DNA of 64,000 nucleotides from Blasia pusilla (lineage: Eukaryota), in contig CM114271.1 in NCBI GenBank assembly GCA_050084515.1, forward strand, positions 10,230,001-10,294,000, in the 5' to 3' direction. Shown here one piece after another: positions 26,871-39,313 of this stretch. How positions within the stretch are numbered: the stretch's first letter is position 1; each line of letters opens with the position of its first letter. Under the pieces are notes generated by a model. It had not been told where the DNA came from. It saw only the letters and a list, made by a program, of their open reading frames with translations, and did not search any database. Position numbers and translations under genes: made by a program.

Positions 26871-27304
26871 CGACTTCTTCTTTTTCTGTCTTCGGGCAAG
26901 AGGCTTTGGTCGAAGAGGGGAACGATTCTTTGCAGGTGTCCCTAGTGGTTTCCACGCACATCGCTCTTCTCTTTCTCTTCTTTTTCTTTCAGTTCTCTGC
27001 TTACGCCTCTCAAGACTTCATTCTCGATCCATCCAAAACTCCCAAAGATGTCCTTGTTAAACGCCTCACCCAGCATGCAATGCTCCACTCTATGGATCTA
27101 AAGAATCTTTGGATGTGCTACTTATTTCCATGGTACCCTCTTCGCAGGACAATCCTCCACCAGTAGTACGTGTCCAACACCAATGCCAAGTGGGGGATCG
27201 GCGACTTGTTCTACTCCCATACCCCACTCTCTCGCTACCTCTCTTTGCTTGGGAGATCTAGTGATCCCCAGCAACATGCAAAAATTTCCTTTTCTACTTG
27301 CTTG

Positions 27305-28856
27305 TGTTATATACAACTCAAGGAAAAAGGTACTCTTTTAATCGAAAAGTATTAAGTTTGTTCCCACTAGATCACTATTTCCTGAGTAAAGAGAGGTTTT
27401 ATAAGAAAAATCAAAAATAACTCCTTCTTCACTAAGTACTTAACTAACTTCAATAACTAAGTGTTCACTAGTACAAAAGATCAAATGGTTTTCTTTCCTC
27501 TTGGAAAAGACTCTTCTCAAGTGCAGATAAAGACTCTTGCGAATCTTTGATAACAAACTTCCAACAAAGACCTCAAAGAGACCTCAAGAAGATAGGGGCT
27601 CACCCTACTGTCAGAACTCAATGTGTCATGGCAGGTTACTTACTGTCTAACAACTTTCCTATGCTCTTCTTGATTATCTTCTGGAATCTTGAAACCAAAG
27701 ACTCAACTCTCATCCATACCGCAACCCAATAAGATTTGCATTCAACTCCACACATCACAAAGCATGAAAGAAGACACTTCTATTGTATCAAAGAGTGGAA
27801 AGAACTAGAAAGTATTACAAGCTTTTGAGGATACAAGACTCTTCTGCTTGGATCATCCCCTAAAGACCTCCTCACACAATCCACCAAAAGAACTAGGAAC
27901 TCAAGATACAAGGGAATGACCCCTTGTTCTTCTGCTTTATTCTTTAAATAATTTCTTACAATTCCTAGCTCTTCCTATTCTACTCTAGAGTTCTAACTAT
28001 CAATCCGCCGGTTCAGATCCTCCAACCCTTCACTTCCTTTAGGTTGGTTGGTTGCTCTGTCGATTCCTTTCCACTTCCTTCAGAACTGTTGCGCCTATTC
28101 ATTTCTAGCTTTCAAAACTGCCGCGATGGTTCATTCTTCATAGTCTTCGCGGTCTTCGCTGTCTTATCTTCGCGATTCTATCTTCGCAAAGACTCTTATC
28201 CTAATGCCCTTGCGAAGAGTCCTCCTCGCGACTTCCTTTCAATTCGCTTGCTTCAACATATTATTTCTCTTTCTATTCCTTTTCTTCATACAAATTTTTG
28301 CTTTGTGACGACTCTTTTCTTTCCTCTTCTTCTTTCTCTTCCTTCTTGGATTTCTTAATCTTCGCTCTTTGGTCTTCGGTCTTTGTTCTTTGTTCACAGT
28401 CTTTGCACAAAGACTCCTTTGGATCTTTTGCTGCAAAGAAGAAGTCTTTTACAGTCTTCACGACTATTCATACTGCGGCCTTCCCTGAGAAGTACCCTAA
28501 ACATCAATTATTTTTCTCTCCTGACCAGAGAAAAATAATTGACGTGGAGATATGAACATACCGCTCTTGAGTAGCCAGATCGATTTGAACCTTTGGTGGA
28601 GCCAATGACGGTGATGAAAGGACAAGAGATAGGAAGAGATTAAGGACTATCTTGGAGGAGTGAGTCTTGTGTAAAAGCACGAAAAGAGTGGGAAAGAAGA
28701 AAGAGTTTTGTCATTCCATGTTTCTACACGATTAGTGTAAAGAATACATCTTTGCTTCCAGTATTGAGTCTTGAGTCTTCACTCAATGAAGACTTCACTA
28801 CAATTCTACACCAAAATGGACTTCTTAATCAAAATTTCAAAAAGGTGGGCACTACA
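27305..28856 (-). repeat. 5' LTR of element B
   Basis: Reverse complement of 4739-6169, with a local rearrangement at ~28495-28706. Confidence 0.9.
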
Positions 28857-28861
28857 GTGCT

Positions 28862-29240
28862 CACTAGGGCAAGAACCATGCAATTTGTTATTTTTCATTA
28901 CTGATTTTTCATAGGTGAGAGTGGCACGCAGAATTGTTGCCCAATTTTCATTAGAGATTCAATATGGGGGTGGCTTGCTCCATGCTAGTGCTCTTGGGAG
29001 CACCGTGTAGCTCTATGGTTTCTGTTATGATAGGTTTTCAATTTTTATTGTGAGAAATCAGCACGGAAGCGTTGCAAAATTTTTGTAGGAGAAGAGACAT
29101 GGGGCTGCACAACAATCCTCGTTTTATTGGAAGGTTGAATGAAGAAAAAAATTTACTTGTGTTCTATATTTGGAAGCTATACACATTGTGGAAGAAATGG
29201 TGCATAATTTAAACATGTGAGGAAGAAGTTATGAGCATTT
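28862..29240 (+). repeat. Leader fragment of the DNMT-Gypsy family
   Basis: Aligns with 8640-9010. Confidence 0.7.
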
Positions 29241-29849
29241 TTGTAGAGCTGCCATAGCGAACGTACGAAGAGCAAATTTTGAAATTCTTGGTAACTTCTT
29301 AGTTGAGATAGAAAAGTTTAAAAATATTTCATTATTTTGGAAAGAAAAAGTAAAACTTAGGATCTTGAGGTTAAAGTGAGTGGAAATTTTATTTAGTGGA
29401 TGTTGACTCAATATTTATGGGGCTTAGTGGAGTATAAGCCAAATGTGAATAATTTTAGCAGTTGATCCTTAGTTTAAGGAGTTAGTGGAGTGGGAAAAAA
29501 CAAAATACATTCAATTTTTGAGTAAGGTTAAAATAGATCTATCTTTATCCACATGAATGATATCGTAATTACTATTGAATTTCATCGTCCATTCAAGCCG
29601 TTCTTACTCCGTATGTTGGCCACCGTCGACGACGTTCTTCACCGTTGTTGATTGGACAGTGACCTTTTGGATTAATGGGGTCGGAGTTTTCTTTCCGCTC
29701 TACTATGCATAGTGTTTTGTAGCCGCCTGACAATCATCAGCTACTCAGATGGTTGATGGAGTCTGAAAAGCTTACACGGAAGCTTTCTAGATGGTCACTC
29801 TTATTGTAGGAGTACGATTTTCAGGTTGTCCATCGCCTAGGACATCTGA

Positions 29850-30004
29850 ACTAGGATAAGGATGGGTTGAGCCGTAGCCCATGTACGAGCTTGAGCGATG
29901 CAGCTAGAGTGAGGTGGCATGGTGAGAGTGATGAGGATTGGTGTCGGGTTGGCACGCATCTGCCTATTTGTGTTTGTTGGCTATGTCTGGTCAGCAGGAG
30001 GCAT
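29850..30004 (+). pseudogene. DNMT-Gypsy copy 3, left part (RNase H end and linker); host of copy 2
   Basis: DGLSRSPC...RWHGESDED..GWHASAYLCLL matches GLSRNLC...RWHGEVDEE..SWHASAFLCWL (31880-32428). Confidence 0.85.
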
Positions 30005-30585
30005 TGTCGTGCCAATCCACATCATCATACAACATACATTGCTGACATACCATACTCACATACATACATAACATAGACGAGAGCATCCACAAACACAAGT
30101 GTACCACAACTGAAATCCGTGAAAGACCTATTGTCATAAAACATGTATATAATCACATACAATCGAGCCAAACCCACTCCACGATGGGAGAATCTAGGTC
30201 GAAGCTTGTAGGAAACACCATAGCCAAGAGCTCTACTCACTACCAAGGCTAACTCCCAACGCAACAGGCTCAACTCAAAGAACTAACTGTTCTTTGAGTG
30301 CACTCCACCTTATATCTTCCAACCTACGAGCGGGCCCTACTGGAAAAGTCACCCTCAACTGAGTAACCCCCAACCCTATGTATGAAATTGCATCTCTACC
30401 TAGACACTGCGGCCCTACATAAGGTATGGCCTCTACTAGCACACTATACTCTACGACATAATCCGTATGGTCATTACGGTGTCGATGAATCCACATCATC
30501 ATACAACATACATCGCTGACATACCATACTCACATACATACATGACATAGACGAGAGCATCCACAAACACAAGTGTACCACAACT
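30005..30585 (-). repeat. B1-A2-B2 3' terminal repeat block of copy 2
   Basis: 30014-30111 is nearly identical to 30488-30585. 30111-30475 is nearly identical to 39313-39676. Confidence 0.95.
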
Positions 30586-30758
30586 CGCCCCCCTAACTGG
30601 CGGTTAGGTCCCTCTAACTCCCCAGGTAGCCCTATACATCTACTACATGCTATACACCTTCTTGGGTGCACGAATCAGAAGGCCGGGTGCCAGGTTGCCC
30701 CATCGTTAGTCGCACATCTGTAATCCATATCATGCAAATATCAAGTCATCTACCTCTC

Positions 30759-32000
30759 CTAAGTACATCGAGGACAAACCCACCTTCCAGTAGGAACAAC
30801 ATCCATACGTGGAGTCAAACACATCATGTGCCAACACCTAGAACACCGATCACACACCAACATACGGGCTGAGTTACCAGCAGACCCACACAACATGCAC
30901 CTCAAGCTAGCTCGTATCATGGCTAAGCTTGGGTCAACAGTACCATCCACATTTGGAAGATGACATGGCGCACAATTACGCACATGGTCCTTCCAAACAA
31001 CTCCATCACGACCCTCCAACATGAGAACTCCATAAGCTAACACCTCGCGCATTCGTAAAATAGTGCGGCCTGCCGTCACATCCAACGTTGTCAGTGCAAT
31101 CTGCTGCAAATAGACGTAGTCCCCCACATGGAACCTACGAATCGATGGTCGATAACCTCCACCCTGAATGGTTGCATACCGCAATGTATCCCTATGTTGA
31201 GCAATGGCAAGATTCTCAAAGGCTGTTGGCATAACTCTCATCCATATCTCTCGGTCATCAAGGTTCACCACCTCACTAGACTCCCAACGAATTGCTACTG
31301 GCAAGTCTAGATCTCGGCTATATAACAGAAAATAAGGTGAGAAGGAAGCCAAGGATGCTTGGCGACTGAACCCATACCCCATGGCTTACCATGGCAACTG
31401 AATATCCCAGTCTCCAAGATGCCCCTTATGCAGGCCATACTTGCGCAATGCCCTCTTCACCGTCTGAACCACACGCTCAGCCAAACCATCCGCCTTTGGA
31501 TGATCTCAAGACGTGGTCTAATGATCAATCAACTCCTTGTCACACAAGACGTGAAACTCACCCTGAAAATCTGTACCCTTGTCGGTCAGCACTTCAGCTG
31601 GTGCACCAAAATGACTAAGCACTCTATCAAGAAACGCATACGCCGTTCCCTCACTTGCCTTATCAGGTAATGCCACCAACTCATTCCACTTGGAGAAGTG
31701 CTCCACCATCACCAAACATATCAATGATGTCGTACAGTCAACGGTAACGGTCTCGCAAAGTCCACACTCCAAAGGTAACCCAAACCCATAATAGGCAAGG
31801 GGTGTAATTGTGGTGTAGGGGCATTGAATGATACCCTCACCCGATCACAAACCATACAACATGACACCAACTGCTGCACCTAAGTATGCATGCCACGCCA
31901 CCAATACTGACCAAGGAGTAAGCTATACGTACGCTTTACCCCAAAATGTCCCAACTCCTCATGGGCATGTCGCACAATGCGCTCTCTCTGAGCCAAATGC
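30759..32000 (-). pseudogene. pol: DDE integrase with C-terminal PHD finger (copy 2)
   Basis: HAHEELGHFGVKRT...YWW (HHCC), VEHFSKW, VLTDKG. C-terminus CMLC-x9-CDRC-x4-HMMC-x14-CPRC (Cys4-His-Cys3). Confidence 0.93.
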
Positions 32001-33816
32001 GGCACTACTCGTACTCTACCATCCTCCCACACACGGAGAATATGTGTTCCCTCCAATCGATACCTCTTAGCACGTTGAAGAACACGATCTCGCTCCTTGG
32101 CACTCACTATGCCTGGCACCCTACTGGTCCATAGGAACTCCAACACCAACGCATCATCATGAATATCACGCTGATCCGTACCGCCACCTCCAACCTTAGG
32201 ATCTGAAGGCTGGCCATCTACCCTCTGACTAGAGTAAGATATCATGTGGTCCTCCATACTAGAGTCCACCCCTAACCAACATAAAAAGGCGGATGCATGC
32301 CAACTTGGCACCATCTCCTCATCAACCTCGCCATGCCATCTAGCCCCAGTTGTATCCTCTTGGCTAGTACATAGGTTCCTACTCAACCCATGAGCATCAA
32401 GGTTGGTTACTCTAGGTCTATGTACCACCTGGAAGTCATACTCATGTAAGATAAGAGCCTACCGTGCAAGCTTCCCTGTAAGCTTGTCAGACTCCATTAA
32501 CCACTTGAGCAGCTGGTGATCAGGAACAAGGGTAAACTGTGTGCCAAACAAGTAGCACCTAAAGTGTGCCATAGCCCACACTACTGCCAAGCACTCTCCC
32601 TCATATGAACTATAGCGTGACTCTGCTGCATTATTCGAATGACTTGCATAGGCCACCACAAACTCCATGTGCTCATCATCATGTTGTGTCAACACCGCTC
32701 CAAGTCCCAACCTACTCCAATCAGTATGTAACTGAAATGGGCGCCCTCTGATAGGTCTCCTCAAGATAGGCGCCGCCACCAACTAGGCCTTAAGCTCCAT
32801 AAAAGCTCTCTCCTGATCATCTCCCCAGTGCCACTCTTGATCTGATTTCAGCAATTGGTTTAAAGGCTTTGCCATAGCACTAAATCCCTTCACATACATC
32901 CGATAGTAGTTCGCCAATCCCATGAATGCTCGAACTCTACTCACATCTACCGGACACGGAATAAGTGTAATAGCCTCCACCTTTGCTTGCTGAACTCCCA
33001 AACCACCTGGATAGATCACATGACCCAAGTACTCAACATCCTCATGGAAGAACTTACACTTTCCTGGATGCAAACGTAGACCATGAGCTTTCAACCGCTC
33101 AAACACCATCTGCAAATGTATCTGATGCGCCTCCACCGTGTTACAGAATACCAAAATATCATCAATGTAACACCAAACAAAATCCAACCCTGCTAGGATC
33201 CTGTCCATCACTCTCTGAAACTCGGCAAGTGCATTCTTCAACCCAAAGGGTAAGAATTTCCACTGGTACAAACAATCCTTGCTATGAGAGTTGACACCCC
33301 AAAATGTTGTTTTGGCCTTGTCACTCTCATGAATCGGCAATTGATGGTATCTCGCCGAAGATCCAAAATCTGAAAATCTTTGCCTGTCCCACCACATCAA
33401 AGATCTCCTCGGTGTAGGCATGGCATACCTATCGCCTTGGTTTGCCGATTGATAGGACGGTAATCTCCACACATCCGCCTATCCGTGTAGTTGCCATGCA
33501 TATCCTTTTTAGCGTGATGACATGTGGTCGATGCATACTCTCCATGTGACAACTCCACTAATCCAGCCTCCAAAAGGTCCAACGTCCTACTCTGAATCAG
33601 GTCCCTCTCCATATCACTATATCGGTAGGGACGACGGAAGATTGGCGTATCACTAGCCAAATCAATCCGTATACCGGGTCCAACCAGAGCACCCAACTCC
33701 TTCATGCTGAAGGCAAAACAACTCCTATAAGCATGTAGGAACTGTGTCAAGCATCGTTTCTCACCTCCCGTAAGCTTGGGCCCAAGTAATGGCTCCCAAG
33801 TCTCCTCCACTAGCAC
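32000..33816 (-). pseudogene. pol: Reverse transcriptase and RNase H (copy 2)
   Basis: RRMCGDYRPIN, LPFGLKNA, YIDDILV, GKCKF, LHTDWSRLGLGAVL, YSSYEGECLAV, DHQLLKWL. Confidence 0.95.
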
Positions 33817-34049
33817 ACTAGAGGAGAGGGCGATGCCATTGGTCTTTCATAACCCCTCACAAGATGGTACACCCTTAGCTACACCATCATCTGAGCAAAT
33901 AACTCCTCCACCAGCATGAGCAACCAAATCCACATGCCCAGCCATCACATCCCATTTATTCCAAGGATACAAAATCCTACTCTCCTCGCCCCCAGCCGAT
34001 GCCTCTACCGTCCCGGTAGCCATCAAGCTCATTACAAGGGGTGGAAGAC

Positions 34050-35040
34050 CCACAGACATAGTCCGAAGTCGACGCTGCTCGGCCATACCAAGACTCAAAA
34101 TCCAAGTCAAACAATTCAGATCCATGGCCTGACCCAACACATGACGTCGTGAAGCCTCATAAATGGAAGCAACCGCTATCACACCACTAGCAAATCCCAT
34201 CCCATGCTCACTCTCATCAGCGTTAGGCTCCACCAACTGTCGCACATGAGAATCCCATACAAGCCCGGGACCACCTTCCCTGTAGGCATGTGACGAGGGA
34301 AAACTCACCAATGTGGGTAGTGCCATCCTAGGCTAGCCCACACGGTTCACCACTGCCATGAGTGACCGATCAATAACCCTCACCACTTGAGAAAGTCGCC
34401 CAGTATCCAAGATACTATCCACTGTAAGGCAAGGATCCCGCTGCACTACATCATATGCTCGACGTAGAACCTCCCTAGGCAACAAGTTTGTCTACCACAA
34501 GCATGGATGATGTGCACGCGAGCCAACTCGCGCTGCATCCAACAACACCATTGGTCCAATCCAAGACCGCACCTCATGAACACTTGCCATCATTTGGGTC
34601 CGAGTGTCACCCAACAATGGAACATTCTCCAGAATGTAAGCTAGAGCATGTGCCTCATGAACCTGAAGATGTCGTAACATCGTAACATCTCCCAAAACAA
34701 TCGAGACCTAGGGTCGTGTAATCCCTCACCACGACCAGCACGTGTATGACCCTGACATGGCCATCCAGCAATCACCAGATCCACATGATCAACCCTCTCA
34801 AGGTCCTCCGCCCCCAACAATGCGATGTGTGACGGCAAAGCACGCTGGTACCCACAAATAGTTGATGGCGGCAACAACTCATGATGTCTCCGCATCAACT
34901 GACCAATCTGTCGGGATGAGACTCTCTGGGCCGTCTCATCTCGCTCCACATACCCGTATCTCCGCACAGAAATACCGGCCTGCAACAATGCAGCCAAACC
35001 AATGCTTATCCCACCAAAGAGATCTAACACACAAATGCCC
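34050..35040 (-). pseudogene. DNMT3-like C5 cytosine DNA methyltransferase domain within the retroelement polyprotein (frameshifted)
   Basis: Motif I ICVLDLFGGI (~35008-35036), motif II YVE, motif IV DLVIAGWPCQG (PCQ 34752-34760), motif VI YILENV (34621-34629), motif VIII region AHHPCLW*TNL, motif X region RRHVLGQAMD. Confidence 0.92.
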
Positions 35041-35456
35041 TCCGGCGGATACTGCCATACAATGGGTGTAGTATCCAAAGGGGATAACCCAACTTGATCA
35101 GAAGTAGGAGTCCGCCGTGGGGCCTCCTCTTCCTCGTGAGGTATAATAGCCTCACACCAAGCCTCCTGCCGTAGTGCACCGCCTAAACTCCAAAGTGGCA
35201 CATCCAACGATGAGGATGCCACTGCTGCAAAAATAGGGACCTCTTCTACCTCCTCATGCACAGGAGAATCCATAGCAGAAACATTACCCTCCAAAAAGTC
35301 TCCTGGCCAAGGGACTACTCCACTAAAACCAGCCACAGATACTAACACTATTGGGGAAGACCCTCCCGGTCGAGCCCCATAAATAAATCTCACAGGAACT
35401 TGGCTCATACGTCCATCCCCGGACTGCCAACCAGGTCTATAAGACGCTGTCTCAGT

Positions 35457-35882
35457 CTAGTAATCCATCTGAAAACCCATCGGGTACAATATTGCTCCTC
35501 CAACTAGTACATCATACGACTCAGCTGATGTGACTACAGCAGATATTCCCAACCGGGAGCTATCAGTCGCATGATCTGGTCTCATCTGTACAGAAAACTT
35601 CTCCCGTGTCATGAATTGAGACCTATCATTGGCTCCTCCAAGTGATGTTTGAATCTGGAATGGGCAAGGCTCAAGCTCTGACCTCTGAATATCCAAACCA
35701 ATACATGCCGCTTTTCCCAACATCAAAGGTTGGGCACCAGAGTCTAACAATACTCTATCTGGTCTATACACCTGTCTTGTAGGACTCACCAATCGGAATA
35801 TCCCACTCCGGTTGTCCAACATACATAGACCAGGTGTAAGCCTCTCACGATCAATGGCTGGTCGGGCTGGTAATGCATCCAT
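35457..35882 (-). pseudogene. Retropepsin-like aspartic protease (copy 2)
   Basis: VLLDSGA catalytic motif and YDVLVG. Confidence 0.9.
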
Positions 35883-37889
35883 CTTCGCCGCTGCTGCCTG
35901 TCAAGTAGCACTAGTACTCAATGCTACACCTGACATAGAGGGTCGCTCCACCGCAATACCCTCATCCACCTCAGCACGTGTAGCAGTAACACCCCCACGT
36001 TCACACAACGTGGCGGCTAGGTGAAATACAGGAGCTAAGTCAACTCCTAAAGCCATCAGCTCCATGGCCGAAAACAATGGGGATCCGAACACTGAAGTTG
36101 CCATCCGCTATACTGCATTGGATGCTGCATCCGTGTCTACTACACGCGATGTAGATGCCTCAATCTCCACTTTCGGCTCAATAGGCTGCATAGGAACCAT
36201 GGATGGAGTCCTAAGCACCTCAGACAACAAGAATGACTGGGGAAGCCTAGCCTGCCTTTGAGCCTCACCCCTCTGTGGGTCCAACTCCACAGTAGCACCA
36301 CGTGGTTTTGACGTTCAAGTGGCTCCTCTCGTAACTGCAGCCGATGCCTCAACCTGTGCTGCACTTGCCATATAAGAGAGATCATCCCCTCCATAAGAGA
36401 TGGAAGCCCTTGCTCCCGAATCTGATCTATGCTGGATACCAGCCATAGTAGCCAACTTCTCCTCCAACTGCTCAATCCTGGCAGCCATGGCTGACTCTGT
36501 TGTAGTGGTAGGGGTAGCCACCGTAGGCTCCAACCACTGGTCCACCTCTACCACCCCTACCACCTCCACCACCTCGGCCTCTCGGAGCTACTCCACCACG
36601 GCCGCGGCCTGATCTCAACTCTGGATGAAGATCAAAGCAACGCTCTCAAGGATGATCTGGTCTCCCGCAATGATCACATTGAGTTGGGTCCGACTGAGGC
36701 CCATCCTCTAAAGTCCGTCTCCCATCCTCTTGGGGACAAAACTTCCTAACATGATCACCTCCACATGTCCAACATGACTGTCCTTGCTGCGGGGCAGCAA
36801 ATGAAGGCAATGGTCTCTACGCAAGTGTCCCTGTAGGACTGGCGACCGAGGTCGTGTGTACCCCCACGACTCCCACTACTACTACCACCACCACTACTAC
36901 GAGAGGCGTGAGGTGGGTGCTGAACACGAAGTAGTAGTTGTATCCCTACTAAATGCGGATGTCACCACTCTCTCCTTCACCATGTTAAGCTCAATCTTCT
37001 CAGATAGAGCAAACACATGGGTCAATGTGGGTGAATCATCACTCATAAGTGTAGCATCACATACCCTGCGGCGCAACTCCCTGTCCAAGATCCCATACCA
37101 AAACTCGACTGCTTGAGCCTCAGTCACACCCTGGGTGACTGAAATCAAACGTCGCATACGAGTGTATGCCTCACGAAGACTCTCACCAGTCTTTCGCTCA
37201 AATTCTTGAAGGCTCCTCAACTTCTCTGTCTTCACTCCCTGATAGTTCTTCTTCAACCTCTTGAAGAACTTTGCAACGGGGATAAACGATGGTGGGGCAC
37301 TAGTACCTCCACTAGTACCCCCACTGGTACCTCCAGTGGTACCCCCACTCCGGCTCGTACTCGTACCACTCAACGTCGGGCTGGCTAGCATAGTAGGAGC
37401 ACTACTACCAATACCACCATGGGTGATAGACACATAGCCTGGAGACCAATATTGTCTCCACGCCTCAATCTCAACAACATGGTCCTTCCTAAACTCATGG
37501 TAATCATCCATGGGTGGTCCCTCAAGTCTTTGAAACAACCCCTTCCAAGCCAAGAAGGGTGTAAACAACGTGGCGTTCCGCAACATTTGCATATCACACC
37601 ACGTATCAAACTCCTGCATGAAGTCCTCCAACTCAATGGTGCCCACTGCACCCAAGTATCTTCGTGGGCCCTTCATGGCCCCATATATCCCGTCCATGTC
37701 CCAAATCAATGGAGCTGCAACACTCGTTAACAACGTAGAAGACTCGGTGTTTGGAACACCCTCGTCCTCCTCTTCATCAACCGTCGAAAGTGGAAAAGGT
37801 AGCCGATACCTAAATCCACTCCGTGTGAAACCACCACTATCCGCACCACGGTCCCCAACCAGACCACCCGACAGCTCCGCGATGACCAA
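35883..37889 (-). pseudogene. gag: gag with two CCHC zinc knuckles and linker (copy 2)
   Basis: GESLREAYTRMRRL (MHR-like). CWTCGGDHVRKFC (~36735-36774) and CDHCGRPDHP*ERC (~36637-36678). Confidence 0.85.
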
Positions 37890-39301
37890 CGCCGATGCCG
37901 CACCACCACCAAATTATCACCACTAAGTAACCAAGTGACGTCGATGTCGCTATACTATTCTAGCTCTACTAGCTATGGATGTAGGCAACCTAACCTGTCA
38001 TCACCACAAGAAGCCTCCCAGAGTCTACTGGTCATCACTCCAACCTCACTACCGGTAGCACACAGGAGTAACACTACTCTCGAAATCAGCATCAACCCTA
38101 ACAATGGGCGCCCAAGCAAAAAGCAATGATGGAGGGGATCCAAACAAAGGAAGTCCAACGACAATCCTCCAATCGCAAATGGAAATCAAGGTAACACAAT
38201 CCACCAAACGTGGCGCCCCCTGAATCCACAAAACCCACCACACAATCCTAATGCAATAGCTACTCCACCGCGGGTCGGTGACGTGCTAGTCGAACTCGCA
38301 GCACCTGAAAATATCACCTGCATGGAGAGGCTACACCGTACTATGCGCTAGAGGTCCATCAACCAAAAACCTGAGATGCATAAAGCGCCTAACACCTCTC
38401 CGAACAGCACCAAATGAGCTACAACAGTGTGTACACTGGCATAGTTAAGAACTCAGCAGTTAAGCGTCTTCCAGGCAGAATAGCCCAAAGATGGGTGACC
38501 AGTTATACAACACTCAATCCACAAATCCTGCAAAAATTGCCTCACGCCCAAGCAAGCAAGCTTGCTTGCTTGCTCCTTGCTCCTTACTCCGCCTCTCACG
38601 CCCACTCGCCCTGAGCTACCACGAGTTGCCTCAAAGCCTCCAATGGGATAGGAGTCTCCAACAATGAATGAGTCACCAACCAACCAGCCCCTCCGATCCG
38701 CTGTCCACCATAGACCTTGAGCTAGTCCGCGAAATTTCGATCAGCAATTACTCCAAAAATCCTCAACCAAAATTGAATATGTTTCAATCGGAATTCAATT
38801 GACCACCATAGCTATCTCTCCACAAAAAATCAGCTACAATCAAGCTCTGTACTCCGAGCTAAAAATCAGACAAACTTGCTGTCCATACACCTCCAGAATC
38901 GCAAATCCGACAGCGCTTCCGCCAAGTTTCATGCACGCAGAAACCTGCAACGCTCCACACACTCAAGCAGATAGCTTCACATGAGATCACAATACAAGTA
39001 GCAATAGGAATCTCTCACCCTATCTGGATGAACTTTAACAGAGCTTCCGCACTCCAAGCTCTCCACATCAGAAAACCGTCGAACACGAACCAGAATCTTC
39101 AATCCTTGATAACTTCCAACTCCCTTGACGAAATCCGGCGATCTAAAGCATGTTGGAAAGCTCTTAGCAAGGCGCTTCTTTCCCAACCAACCACACACTA
39201 GATTCACACCTCCAACATAGGCCACAATCCACGGCTGAGTACATAATCAGCCCTAACCAGATCCTATTGATCTACAATCGAAGCTACCATTGATCTACTT
39301 C

Positions 39302-39313
39302 AGTTCTTTGAGT
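39302..39313 (-). promoter_or_regulatory. Putative self-priming primer-binding site of copy 2
   Basis: Minus-strand ACTCAAAGAACT at the end of A1 is the exact complement of AGTTCTTTGAGT (39486-39475) inside A1. Confidence 0.65.

Larger units (their letters stand above)
21195..28856 (-). mobile_element. 5' part of Athila-like Gypsy element B (5' LTR, decayed tRNA-Asp PBS, gag-pol)
   Basis: LTR 27305-28856. Decayed PBS ~27262-27281. gag with CCHC knuckles, protease IDSGS, RT, RH and integrase. Outer flank GTGCT (AGCAC on minus). Confidence 0.92.

Noticed and set aside
34673-34688. 8-bp tandem CGTAACAT in the DNMT domain as a hAT excision footprint
   Set aside because: Equally explained by a 1-bp deletion in a natural MLRVLR coding repeat; cannot be distinguished here.
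34050-35040. Host DNMT3/DRM gene or bacterial restriction-modification contamination
   Set aside because: Intronless, collinear between protease and RT, and present in two element copies. No endonuclease partner or bacterial context.
39272-39289. TGGTAGCTTCG (minus) as a tRNA PBS for copy 2
   Set aside because: About 25 nt from the repeat end, poor match to tRNA-Met-i, and no counterpart in copy 1.
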